Both the position numbers and the translations under genes were made by a program. A stretch of DNA of 64,000 bases from Candidatus Omnitrophota bacterium (GTDB taxonomy: Bacteria > Omnitrophota > Gorgyraeia > Gygaellales > Profunditerraquicolaceae): the NCBI GenBank assembly GCA_026387355.1, contig JAPLLW010000011.1:9504-73503 (forward strand), given 5' to 3'. Within the stretch, counting starts at the first letter, position 1. Each line of letters starts with the position of its first letter. This document shows positions 1 to 8,732 of this stretch, piece by piece. Under the pieces are notes generated by a model. The model saw only the letters and a list, made by a program, of their open reading frames with translations. It ran no database searches and was not told the DNA's origin.

Positions 1-603
1 GGACAATTCCCTGGCAAAGTCTTCGTCTTCAACTAATCTTATTCCATTAGTATTAAGCATCAAATGACGTATTTTCTTAGACTTAGCCAGTTCTATTATT
101 TTGAATATTTCAGGATGCAAGGTCGGCTCGCCACCACTGATTTGCAATACCTCGGGATGGCCTTCATAACGCACATATTGATTCAACATAAAATCTATTG
201 TCTCTAAATCTAGGAATTTATGCCCCTGCGCCTGCGCATAGCAGCTTGCGCAGCAAAGATTACAGTCATCAGTTACTTCAAGTAGAGCCAAACAGGTATG
301 CTGCTGGTGGTTAGGACAAATTCCGCAATCATCGGGACACCCTAGCTTTATTACGCTTCCGTATTCAAGTGGGCTTTGCCCCGGCTTATTAAAGGCTAAG
401 CTATGCGTGTACATATTAATATCAGAAGAGATTAGTGCTTCGAATTCTCCGTGCTCAAAACAACGTTTAAACATATACACTTTATCATTCCTAACCCTGA
501 TCTGAGCATCAAGGGTTTTCTTGCACACAGGACAGATTGAACGTGTTAATTCTAAGAAAATATAATCTTTTTCTTTTTGTGTTTGTTGGATAATTTTAGT
601 CAT
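1..603 (-). CDS. radical SAM enzyme, N-terminal 201 aa (3' end lies beyond the window edge). Cys-rich N-terminal extension, then a CxxxCxxC cluster motif
   Basis: Own translation of the reverse complement: MTKIIQQTQKEKDYIFLELTRSICPVCKK...CPDDCGICPNHQQHTCLALLEVTDDCNLCCASCYAQAQG...ISGGEPTLHPEIF. CNLCCASC is the CxxxCxxC motif and GGEPTL is the glycine-rich SAM motif. Absent from the ORF track because the stop is outside the window. Confidence 0.75.
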   Translation of the reverse strand, partial: MTKIIQQTQKEKDYIFLELTRSICPVCKKTLDAQIRVRNDKVYMFKRCFEHGEFEALISSDINMYTHSLAFNKPGQSPLEYGSVIKLGCPDDCGICPNHQQHTCLALLEVTDDCNLCCASCYAQAQGHKFLDLETIDFMLNQYVRYEGHPEVLQISGGEPTLHPEIFKIIELAKSKKIRHLMLNTNGIRLVEDEDFARELS

Positions 604-608
604 CTAAG

Positions 609-782
609 TTAATGTGGCCTCAAAATACCTGTTACTGACAACATACAAGTACCTAATAAAACTAACGGAACAAGCAAAATAATGGCAACGATTCCTATTG
701 AAATCGCTTTAATAATTTTTGAATCGGTAAAATATGCTAGTATTAATAGTAAGATGACTACTGCGACAATTACGTGAAACAT
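609..782 (-). CDS. 57-aa small membrane protein, paralog 1 of a PLV(L/F)LGTC-motif family. Not in the ORF track
   Basis: Own translation: MFHVIVAVVILLLILAYFTDSKIIKAISIGIVAIILLVPLVLLGTCMLSVTGILRPH. Two hydrophobic helices. The C-terminal motif is shared with 844-1137 and 1744-2040. Lies 6 nt upstream of the radical SAM start. Confidence 0.5.
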   Translation of the reverse strand: MFHVIVAVVILLLILAYFTDSKIIKAISIGIVAIILLVPLVLLGTCMLSVTGILRPH

Positions 783-843
783 AGTTGCTACCCCCTCATT
801 CTAAAAAGATTAAGGAAAATACATTTTTGTTTCAGGATTTTAT

Positions 844-1137
844 TCATCGCATAGGTACAAATAAGCTTCTTAAAGATGATCCTCCTACTGCCAAAAGGCA
901 TGTCCCAAGAAATACTAAAGGTATTAATACTAAAGCTATAAGAATAGCAATTAATATCTTTCTTGTACCAGCACTTTCCTTTATCTTCTTCAATATATTG
1001 CTACCACCTAATATCGCTATAATCAAGATAGAACAGATTACCCAAACTAGAAAACCGCTACCATTCCAATTTTGTATTAACCCATTTAAAAAAGCTACAA
1101 CAAAAAGCAATAACACAAAAATTGTTTTTCGATTCAT
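844..1137 (-). CDS. 97-aa small membrane protein, paralog 2 (…IPLVFLGTCLLAVGG…)
   Basis: ORF track. Three predicted TM helices. Motif shared with the two neighbours. Same strand as every flanking gene, so chosen over the overlapping plus-strand ORF 785-1162. Confidence 0.5.
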   Translation of the reverse strand: MNRKTIFVLLLFVVAFLNGLIQNWNGSGFLVWVICSILIIAILGGSNILKKIKESAGTRKILIAILIALVLIPLVFLGTCLLAVGGSSLRSLFVPMR

Positions 1138-1151
1138 ATTATCTCCTTTCT

Positions 1152-1718
1152 TTAGAAAATAAACGGAATTAGCATCTTAGTATCTTTAATATACTCCTCA
1201 TATTCTGGAAGCGCTACTTTAAGCATCTCTTCTTCTTTCTTAGACCTTAAGTAGTAAAGAAACGTGACTATAGGCGTATATAAAATTATAAAATAGTTAG
1301 AAATAAGCAAACCGGAACCCAGCACAACCAGGATCATAAAGAAATACATCGGGTGCCTTACCATTTTATACGGGCCAGCTTTAACTAAGCTATGCCCTTC
1401 TTTAATTGCCGCGGAGATTGCCCAATTTTGTTTTAAATAAAGGATGGCTGCAATATAGCCGCTTACACCTATAAGCATAATCGCTAGTCCAAGAAGTTGC
1501 GCAATAACATTGGCTTTATATGTTCCGAAATAAACGCGAACTGAGAACCAGCCAAAGACCACTAAATATGGCGCAACAACTTGGAGCCTTGCAATTAAAC
1601 CCCCGCTTTGTTTGTGTTTACCCCTAAAGCGAATCTGCGCAATAATCGCAACGATTAATAAAAACCCCCAAATATCTTTAAAAATTAATTCTGCCTTATA
1701 TTGAGAAATCATATTCAC
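1152..1718 (-). CDS. Membrane methyltransferase of the isoprenylcysteine carboxyl methyltransferase / phospholipid methyltransferase family
   Basis: Polytopic protein with KAGPYKMVRHPMYFF…EEEMLKVALPEYEEY. The RHPxY motif and the C-terminal EE..L…P.Y..Y block are typical of ICMT/PEMT-type enzymes. Confidence 0.7.
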   Translation of the reverse strand: MNMISQYKAELIFKDIWGFLLIVAIIAQIRFRGKHKQSGGLIARLQVVAPYLVVFGWFSVRVYFGTYKANVIAQLLGLAIMLIGVSGYIAAILYLKQNWAISAAIKEGHSLVKAGPYKMVRHPMYFFMILVVLGSGLLISNYFIILYTPIVTFLYYLRSKKEEEMLKVALPEYEEYIKDTKMLIPFIF

Positions 1719-1743
1719 CTCATAAATAACAACTTAGCAAGAA

Positions 1744-2040
1744 TCAATAAAACCATTTTAAAAAACATGTACCTAAAAGTACAAGGGGAAAACTAATCAT
1801 TGCGAATAGAAAACCTATACCTATGTATTTTCTTTTTTTGCCGAAATAGTTAACAAGAAGTAAACTTAATATAAGAAAAACTGGATATCCTATTGAACCT
1901 AACGGGTTAAAAATATGAAAACTCGTTGTCAAATACCTTACCAGGTACAAAATTAGACCTATCCCACCAGGTATTATCAAAAAACCTACTAAAAAGTCAA
2001 TTACCTTTTCACTCGTCTTTTCATAGATCTTTTTCTCCAT
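1744..2040 (-). CDS. 98-aa small membrane protein, paralog 3 (…FPLVLLGTCFLKWFY)
   Basis: ORF track. Hydrophobic helices. The C-terminal motif aligns with 609-782 and 844-1137. Confidence 0.55.
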   Translation of the reverse strand: MEKKIYEKTSEKVIDFLVGFLIIPGGIGLILYLVRYLTTSFHIFNPLGSIGYPVFLILSLLLVNYFGKKRKYIGIGFLFAMISFPLVLLGTCFLKWFY

Positions 2041-2081
2041 TTTTCTCCCTCCCTTCTATACTAGCTATCTTCTCTAACCTC

Positions 2082-2630
2082 TTATTCCTTTTTACTACCT
2101 TCAAGTTTTTTTGTGATTAATACCAGATTGAGATCTGCTATGATCTCTGTAGCTATTTTGGAATAGCTATCCGTTCCATAGGCCCGATAAACCTTACCCC
2201 ACCTTCCTTTATCAGTAGAATATGATACATGAATGTCCGTTCCCTCAACCTTATGGGTCCCTCCATTAAATCCATCATTAGGAATTAAACCAAAAAAGAA
2301 ATATTTTGTACCCTCATTTTTCTTAAAATGCTTAATTCTAAGCCTTGCTGCTAAATCAGCTCCTTTGGGAGACGCAACGATTGTATATCCCCTTTCCACC
2401 AACTTTCCTTTAAGATGCCTCTCAAAATCCCCTAAAACAGCCCCTTGGTCCTTAGGGTCCCCTGATAATTCAAAATAAATAGTGTCAATTGCACTGCCGG
2501 ACTTCATCTGAATCCTGTCAAACAAATAATCATCCGCCGTAAAGGTAATCCAAGTACAGCCAGTTGCAATTAAATAAAATATTACCGATAAAAATAAACC
2601 CGCAAAAAGTGCTTTTCTAGTAAAATTCAT
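2082..2630 (-). CDS. probable lipoprotein, unknown function
   Basis: Signal peptide ending LIATGC (lipobox-like), then a soluble domain. ATGA overlap with the lgt stop. Confidence 0.5.
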   Translation of the reverse strand: MNFTRKALFAGLFLSVIFYLIATGCTWITFTADDYLFDRIQMKSGSAIDTIYFELSGDPKDQGAVLGDFERHLKGKLVERGYTIVASPKGADLAARLRIKHFKKNEGTKYFFFGLIPNDGFNGGTHKVEGTDIHVSYSTDKGRWGKVYRAYGTDSYSKIATEIIADLNLVLITKKLEGSKKE

Positions 2631-3343
2631 TTTAATCTCCGGTTTGTTTTCAGAAAATACCCTGCCAGAATAATAAAAATAGAGCCTGTTATAAGCTGGG
2701 CCAAACTTAAATTAAATATTGAATTAACTGTATCTGCGCGCAAAAACTCTACCCAAAACCTAAAAAAACAATACGCAAGTAAGAATATCTTAAATAAATC
2801 CCCTTCTTTTCTTTCTTTCTCTCGCACTGACCATAAATATAAAAAGAGTATTAAACAAAAAATTGACTCATAAATCTGCGTAGGATGCCTTATCGCGCCT
2901 TTATAAAATATCCCCCAAGGTAAACAAGTAGGAACCCCATAACAGCAACCATTTAGAAAACAACCAATTCTTCCTATGGCAATACCAAGCGCTAACCCTG
3001 GTGCGAATAAATCACCTGTAGAGCGTTTTACTTTTAGAATCCTCTTAGCAATTATTACCCCAATATATCCGCCAATTAAACCACCAACAATAGTTTTCCC
3101 CCCTACTTCGGGAAAAAGTATAGCCAATGGATTATTAATATAGAAATCAGGGTATACAAATAAGGCTGAGCCTAGCTTACTGCCTATCAATCCACCTAAT
3201 AAAGCAGCAAAAACAATATACAAAACGTTCTCCGAGTTATATTCTTTACGTTTTGCCTCAAGGTAAATAACAAACCCTGCTGCGCTGTATGCCAACACGC
3301 TAAATAAACTATATGCTATTCTTCCGTATAATTGACTATACAT
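2627..3343 (-). CDS. lgt: prolipoprotein diacylglyceryl transferase
   Basis: Lgt signature GRIGCFLNGCCYG and multi-TM topology. Stop codon is TGA. Confidence 0.85.
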   Translation of the reverse strand: MYSQLYGRIAYSLFSVLAYSAAGFVIYLEAKRKEYNSENVLYIVFAALLGGLIGSKLGSALFVYPDFYINNPLAILFPEVGGKTIVGGLIGGYIGVIIAKRILKVKRSTGDLFAPGLALGIAIGRIGCFLNGCCYGVPTCLPWGIFYKGAIRHPTQIYESIFCLILFLYLWSVREKERKEGDLFKIFLLAYCFFRFWVEFLRADTVNSIFNLSLAQLITGSIFIILAGYFLKTNRRLK

Positions 3344-3365
3344 AATGAACTTTTATTACGAACAT

Positions 3366-4130
3366 CTAACCTGTTTGTGCCATAATAGCTGGGTACATCG
3401 TAACTGCAAACCAGCTTTTTATTTCACGAACAAATTCTTCTTTTGAGTCTTTCATCAAATACTCTGCGTGCGAACCATTCTTGATAATAACAAGCTTCTT
3501 ATTTGATTGAGTTTGCTCAAAAAGGATTTTAGAATGCCACGGCTTAACTACCCAGTCTTTCTCTCCGTGAATATAACAAACCGGAATATTTACTCTATCT
3601 ATATTATCAATTGGTTTTTGTTTTTTACGCCAGAAAACCCCTGGCCTAAAACCTCTCCCTTTTAGCCCGTCCGGAGTAAATAAGGTATACGCCAGGTCGC
3701 CCTTCAGATCTAAATTCCAGAAATTATAATCAATTTTATCGGGATCTGATGCAGCGCTTACGCAGATTAACGAATCAACTCGCTTGCCTTGCGCTAAGAA
3801 ATTAATTGCTACGCTTGCTCCCAATGAAAAGGCAATTAACCCGGTTTTCTTATATTTACCTTCTATATACTCTAGGACTGCTTTTAGATCTTTCCCTTCA
3901 TTGCTTATCCAGCTAAAAAGACCACCGCTCTTTCCATGTCCCCTAAAGTCAAACATAAATACGTCATATTCGTCAATGAGCCTGTTTTTTAACTCTTGGA
4001 GCAAAACCGCGTCTTTACTATTGTAAAACCCATGCGCAATTATAATAATCCTATCATGATTATTCAGCGCATGCTCATAAGCAATCTTCTGACTATCTTG
4101 CGTTATTAAATTACCTTTCAGTAATTTCAT
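3366..4130 (-). CDS. alpha/beta-fold hydrolase
   Basis: HGFYNS…GHGKSGG oxyanion region and the GxSxG nucleophile elbow FSLGAS. Confidence 0.7.
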   Translation of the reverse strand: MKLLKGNLITQDSQKIAYEHALNNHDRIIIIAHGFYNSKDAVLLQELKNRLIDEYDVFMFDFRGHGKSGGLFSWISNEGKDLKAVLEYIEGKYKKTGLIAFSLGASVAINFLAQGKRVDSLICVSAASDPDKIDYNFWNLDLKGDLAYTLFTPDGLKGRGFRPGVFWRKKQKPIDNIDRVNIPVCYIHGEKDWVVKPWHSKILFEQTQSNKKLVIIKNGSHAEYLMKDSKEEFVREIKSWFAVTMYPAIMAQTG

Positions 4131-4143
4131 GATAATTCCCGCG

Positions 4144-5847
4144 TTATTTATTTACCATTTCCGATACAGCTTTTCTTTTTATCTTCCGGGAAGCTGTTTT
4201 GGGAAGCTCAGCGTTCCAAATTTCAAAATCTACTATTCTTTTATAATCAGCAAGATTTTCGCTAAGGCGAGAAATATCTTTCGAGATCTTATCCTTAATC
4301 TTCTGCGCATCTGTATGCTCGCCTTGCTCAAACGCATCAAGATTAGGGACAATTACGGCATAAACCTCTTCGCAGCCTTGACGCATTCCTCTCGTAGCGA
4401 TTCTACCCAAAACACAAATCTCCTTAATTAAAGGGCTCCTACCCATCACATCTTCTACTTCTTCAGGAAATACTTTTTTTCCTGCCCCAAGTACAATCAG
4501 GTTTCTAATTCTTCCTGAAATGTATAAAAATCCGTCTTTATCAAAATATCCTAAATCGCCCGTATGAAACCAGCCGTACTTAATAACTTCCGCTGTCTTC
4601 TCAGGGCTCTGAAAATACCCTTTCATGACATGATTACCCCTGGTTAATATCTCTCCGTCTTTAGAGCTATCATTTTCTTTTAGTATTTTAACCTTTGCCC
4701 CTGGAAGCGCTTTCCCAACCGAACCAAACCTGCTCTGCTTATAAGTATTAACTGTTATAACAGGAGAGGTTTCAGTTAGGCCGTAACCTTGCAATACCCT
4801 AAAGCCTAAAGCATTAAAATTTATCTCGACATCTATATTTAATGGCGCCCCTCCGCTCATAAAGCTATGTAGTGACCCGCCGAACTGCTGTTGTACGCTC
4901 CAAAATAATAAACAGCCTATCCTAATATTAAACTTAAGCAAACTTTTTGATAAACTCAATAAGCTATTAAAGATTTTTTGCTTATACGCGGGCATCTTAG
5001 CCGCCTTATCCATAATTCCATCGTGGAGCATCTTTAATACAAGCGGCACGCAAATCATCATCACTGTGTGTGTCTCTTGCATAAGTGAAATTATGCGGGT
5101 AGGTTTTACGCTATCGCAGTATGTAATACAGGCGCCGGCATATAAAGGAGAGATAAGCCCTCCAGTTAACTCAAGCGTATGGTTTAATGGCAGGATAGAA
5201 AGAAACTGCTCGCCAATCTTATAATTGATTATTTCACTTAAGGACCTGACCTGAAACATTAAATTCCTAAAAGTAAGCTCAACGCCCTTGGCTGATCCTG
5301 TAGTACCTGAGGTATATATTATTAACGCGGTATCTTCCTCGTGTATCGGCCGGTTCTTATTTTCTTCACTGACAAGTTTCAGATCTTTTAGCTTAATTAT
5401 ATCTTGCCTCTGACTATCATCTATGACAATAACATATTTTAATTCCGGCAGATTTGTCCTTATTTTATCAATAAGCTCCAAATGCTTTTCGCTAACGAAT
5501 ATGCATTTAGTCTGGCTATTACTTAGTATAAACTGCACTTCAGCTTCACTAAGCTTAACATCTACAGGCACAACTATAGCAGCGGCACAAACAATGCCGA
5601 AAAAAGCTACTGACCATTCAGGCCTATTCTCCGAATATATTGCGATTTTGTCATCTTTAACTATACCTAATTTTATAAGATTAGAAGAAACATCAACTGT
5701 TCTCCTGCCTAATTCCACATAAGAGATTTTTCTAAATGACCCGTCTTTCTCTTTTATCTGAACGGCCGTAATGTCGCCATAATTCTTATTTATCGCCTCC
5801 ATAATATCAATTATAGTAACGGTATTTAAGCTTATTTTCTTTTTCAT
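4144..5847 (-). CDS. AMP-dependent synthetase/ligase (fatty-acyl-CoA/ACP ligase-like)
   Basis: AMP-binding motif YTSGTTGSAKGV. 567 aa. Confidence 0.8.
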   Translation of the reverse strand: MKKKISLNTVTIIDIMEAINKNYGDITAVQIKEKDGSFRKISYVELGRRTVDVSSNLIKLGIVKDDKIAIYSENRPEWSVAFFGIVCAAAIVVPVDVKLSEAEVQFILSNSQTKCIFVSEKHLELIDKIRTNLPELKYVIVIDDSQRQDIIKLKDLKLVSEENKNRPIHEEDTALIIYTSGTTGSAKGVELTFRNLMFQVRSLSEIINYKIGEQFLSILPLNHTLELTGGLISPLYAGACITYCDSVKPTRIISLMQETHTVMMICVPLVLKMLHDGIMDKAAKMPAYKQKIFNSLLSLSKSLLKFNIRIGCLLFWSVQQQFGGSLHSFMSGGAPLNIDVEINFNALGFRVLQGYGLTETSPVITVNTYKQSRFGSVGKALPGAKVKILKENDSSKDGEILTRGNHVMKGYFQSPEKTAEVIKYGWFHTGDLGYFDKDGFLYISGRIRNLIVLGAGKKVFPEEVEDVMGRSPLIKEICVLGRIATRGMRQGCEEVYAVIVPNLDAFEQGEHTDAQKIKDKISKDISRLSENLADYKRIVDFEIWNAELPKTASRKIKRKAVSEMVNK

Positions 5848-6587
5848 TGTTTATCGTGCTCTCTTCTTTCTTTTGTGGATTCGGCAGGAACACCCGCATA
5901 GACACTATGCGGCTCAACCTGCTTGTTTTTCCCCAATACAGCCCCTGCAGTAATAAAAGCACCGTCTCCGATCTCTGCTCCTGCTAAAACTACAGAATTT
6001 AGGCCGATAACCACATTTTTGCCAATTTTAACTTTGCGCAATATTAACCTGTTACGCTCAAAAGAATGGCCGATTACCGTTGCATGGCCCCCTATAACAG
6101 TATTATCCCCTATCTCAAGCAGGGATAAATCTGCGCAGATCTTTGAGTTGATTTGCACGTTCTTACCGACTTTAGCCCCCATTAGACGGAAAAATAATGC
6201 CGCGATAGGAGTAAGCAGGATAAAATCCATAAATGTAATCGAAACTATTATATACAGCGCATTAATAAACATCCACCGCATCATACCTATGGAAGCTACG
6301 CGATACTCTCCTTCTTTAAGATTCAATCTTAATACTATTCTTAATAACCCCAGTATAGAAATTAAGCTAAACCCGTAAACAAAATAAGCCAAAACTAAGC
6401 TAACGCAAAGCAACCAAACACGTAAAACAATAAAATAAACAACGGTGTGAGTCCATACATAATAGATCAACAAAACACCTGGGAAGATTGCCGAACCAAT
6501 AACTAAGATACCTATCAGATGAAGACAGGCTACGAATAAAAGCTGTAACATTGTCGTAAACAAAGCCTTAACTTTAACAGTCACCAT
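5844..6587 (-). CDS. membrane-anchored hexapeptide-repeat (left-handed beta-helix) acyltransferase
   Basis: N-terminal TM helices, then imperfect hexapeptide repeats (IGDNTVIGGHATVIG…IGKNVVIGLNSVVLAGAEIGDGAFI). Start overlaps the stop of the ligase. Confidence 0.65.
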   Translation of the reverse strand: MVTVKVKALFTTMLQLLFVACLHLIGILVIGSAIFPGVLLIYYVWTHTVVYFIVLRVWLLCVSLVLAYFVYGFSLISILGLLRIVLRLNLKEGEYRVASIGMMRWMFINALYIIVSITFMDFILLTPIAALFFRLMGAKVGKNVQINSKICADLSLLEIGDNTVIGGHATVIGHSFERNRLILRKVKIGKNVVIGLNSVVLAGAEIGDGAFITAGAVLGKNKQVEPHSVYAGVPAESTKERREHDKQ

Positions 6588-6662
6588 TTAAAACCTCCTT
6601 GCACAATAAGTGCACACCGACTTATTCGATAAGACCGGGCGTTATTTAACAATCGCATAATA

Positions 6663-7154
6663 TTATACCCTGTTATCAAAATTACTCTTTGATAATTTAG
6701 CGCACCATTTCTCAAGAACATGTGCAAGCTGACTTAATTCACCTTGATTTAAAAGCTTAGCTAACTCTTGTATTTTCCTATAATAACCAGGCCACAATTG
6801 ATCAAGCAGATCCGAACCCTTTTGGCTGATTTTCACTAAGTTAACCCTTCTATCGCCTTTTAAATTTAAACGCTCAATAAAACCTTCTTTTTCTAATTTA
6901 TCAATAAGCCGCGTCATATTTGATGCAGTGACTACCAGATGCCTGCCAATCTCGATTTGACTTATCCCCTCATCTCTACCCTTGTGCTTTATGACCATCA
7001 TAGCATTAAACTTTGCCGGAGTGAGGTTATGGGGTCTTAAAATATCAGAAATAACTTTTTCTATGAGGGTAAAGGTGCGTGCCACTCCGTATATCGAGCC
7101 TTCCAATAAACTATTTTTGTATATGTCTACCCCAAACTGCCTAAGCGGTTCCAT
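6663..7154 (-). CDS. MarR-family transcriptional regulator
   Basis: Winged-helix region (…ISQIEIGRHLVVTASNMTRLIDKLEKEGFIERL…) typical of MarR. 163 aa. Confidence 0.75.
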   Translation of the reverse strand: MEPLRQFGVDIYKNSLLEGSIYGVARTFTLIEKVISDILRPHNLTPAKFNAMMVIKHKGRDEGISQIEIGRHLVVTASNMTRLIDKLEKEGFIERLNLKGDRRVNLVKISQKGSDLLDQLWPGYYRKIQELAKLLNQGELSQLAHVLEKWCAKLSKSNFDNRV

Positions 7155-7199
7155 TTATTAGCTAACCTCCTTACCTAAATATAGTTTACTATGCAATAG

Positions 7200-7211
7200 T
7201 TGACTTGTCAA
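7200..7211. promoter_or_regulatory. perfect palindrome TTGACTTGTCAA overlapping a putative -35 of the marR promoter (candidate MarR operator)
   Basis: In minus sense: TTGACA-N17-TAAACT, then an AAGGAGG ribosome-binding site and the marR ATG at 7154. Confidence 0.35.
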
Positions 7212-7263
7212 GTATATCTGTACAAAATAAACGAGAGGCTATAAAGCCCCCCGTTTTATAAAA

Positions 7264-7335
7264 TGCCGAGGAGAAGAATCGAACTTCCCACGCCGGCCTT
7301 TTCAGGGCCGCGCTCTACCACTGAGCTACCTCGGC
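7264..7335 (-). tRNA. tRNA-Phe (anticodon GAA)
   Basis: Hand-folded cloverleaf. Acceptor GCCGAGG/CCUCGGC, D-arm GCUC…GAGC, anticodon stem CGGCC/GGCCG with loop CUGAAAA, T-arm GGAAG-UUCGAUU-CUUCU, discriminator A. No encoded CCA. Confidence 0.85.
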
Positions 7336-7425
7336 GAATGATTCTTAAGGAATATCTATTTTTACCACAAAAAAAGGAAATTTCAAGGATTACTTAATCT
7401 CTTTCCTAGAGAAAGCCCTCGCCAA

Positions 7426-7920
7426 TTATTTATAATTCTTGGCAGTTAAGAACCATTCTATTAACTGCTTTAATGTATTGTTAACTTCAGGGCTTAAGCC
7501 CTCACCAAAAGAAATAACCTTTGGCTGAATTGCCAAAACCATTATATCAACCTTAAAACTGTTTTTCAAATAACTGATGGCAAGCGATATGGACGCATCG
7601 TGGGTCGAAAAAAAGTTTACTGTTTGAATATCTTCTCCTTCGTACATCCTGAATTCACCGGGAGAGCCTCCAAAATCCACTGCGTCAATTATTAAAACAG
7701 TATCCGGCTTATCTTTTATAATCTTTCCAAGATAATTCTCAGGGCTTGAACTTGAGTCATAGACAATATAAGGCACCTTACCTTCTATAGCCGAAGCCAG
7801 CATTGATCCAATGCCATCGTCGCTACATAAGGTATTTCCTATACCTAAAACCAAAACTTTGCCGGTAAGATGTAACTTGAGATGCTCTAAGGCGCCTAAA
7901 TGTTCAGAACTTTTTTCCAT
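7426..7920 (-). CDS. hydrogenase maturation endopeptidase (HycI/HyaD family)
   Basis: GIGNTLCSDDGIG and DAVDFGG motifs. 164 aa. Confidence 0.75.
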   Translation of the reverse strand: MEKSSEHLGALEHLKLHLTGKVLVLGIGNTLCSDDGIGSMLASAIEGKVPYIVYDSSSSPENYLGKIIKDKPDTVLIIDAVDFGGSPGEFRMYEGEDIQTVNFFSTHDASISLAISYLKNSFKVDIMVLAIQPKVISFGEGLSPEVNNTLKQLIEWFLTAKNYK

Positions 7921-8215
7921 GACGGTGGGGCCGGGTCTTATTATACTTTATCTTCTTTAGCAGCGCTTTTTCCAGGTTTATCTTTCTTGAGCCGCAATAA
8001 TCAAATATACGAATACAGCAATCCGCTAGTTCTTCGGCTATATCTTCCTGCTTACCATCCTTACGCATCGCCTCCAACGCCTCAGATAGCTCGGAATGCA
8101 TAAGCGCAATTAACTCTCCATCATTACGCGCATCCATCCACCAACCCTTAGATTTAGCAACTCTATGGCAAACTTTAATGAAATCATTTACCGAAAGTTT
8201 TCTTTTCTCTAACAT
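7904..8215 (-). CDS. MazG-like nucleotide pyrophosphohydrolase domain protein
   Basis: All-alpha EExxE-type motifs (HSELSEALEA…IAEELADC). Confidence 0.6.
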   Translation of the reverse strand: MLEKRKLSVNDFIKVCHRVAKSKGWWMDARNDGELIALMHSELSEALEAMRKDGKQEDIAEELADCCIRIFDYCGSRKINLEKALLKKIKYNKTRPHRHGKKF

Positions 8216-8718
8216 TAATTACTCCCTTTCTCTTCTTTTACTTTTAGTGAATCTGTTAGGCCCTTAAAAATGGTATTAGCAATAGTTTCTTTTGCGTAAG
8301 TGCTAGGACTGGATACCTCAACCAGAGTTTTACCTTTACCGGTTTCTGTCAGAAATATTCCCACGGGCGTTGTATCGGTTTCAGTAAGATAGCATGCGAT
8401 AAAATCTTGCTTTAGATTATCCTCATAAACATAAACCCTGTTACTGACATTATCCTCGGTATCCTCGCTGCCAAACATACCCTTATTTCCCATAAGACTA
8501 TTAACATTCTTATTAACCATATCCTGCCTAATTATCTTCATTATCTTGCTGTGGGAAGTAACTAAATCATAATTAAATTCCTTCTTAATGGCATCTTTGC
8601 GGTGATCCTCTAAAACCTTAGTAGAAACTCCAAGAAATCCCTTAACCCCCTCTTTCATACTGCTACATCCTGCTAATATGCCTATTAATAATATCAAAAA
8701 TATCTTAAGACCTTTCAT
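8215..8718 (-). CDS. lipoprotein, unknown function
   Basis: Signal peptide with canonical lipobox LAGC. Confidence 0.5.
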   Translation of the reverse strand: MKGLKIFLILLIGILAGCSSMKEGVKGFLGVSTKVLEDHRKDAIKKEFNYDLVTSHSKIMKIIRQDMVNKNVNSLMGNKGMFGSEDTEDNVSNRVYVYEDNLKQDFIACYLTETDTTPVGIFLTETGKGKTLVEVSSPSTYAKETIANTIFKGLTDSLKVKEEKGSN

Positions 8719-8732
8719 AGCTCTTCCCCCCC

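Noticed and set aside
785-1162. 125-aa plus-strand ORF overlapping the minus-strand small membrane protein 844-1137
   Set aside because: Low-complexity antisense shadow. The minus-strand ORF is paralogous to two neighbours and fits the operon.
7904-8215. MazG-like gene next to the cNMP/patatin gene as a possible phage-defence (nucleotide-depletion) pair
   Set aside because: It is a small all-alpha MazG/YpjD-type housekeeping NTP-PPase. A second paralog sits at 38221-38610 in an unrelated context. There is no other defence-island signature (no nucleases, methylases or mobile genes).
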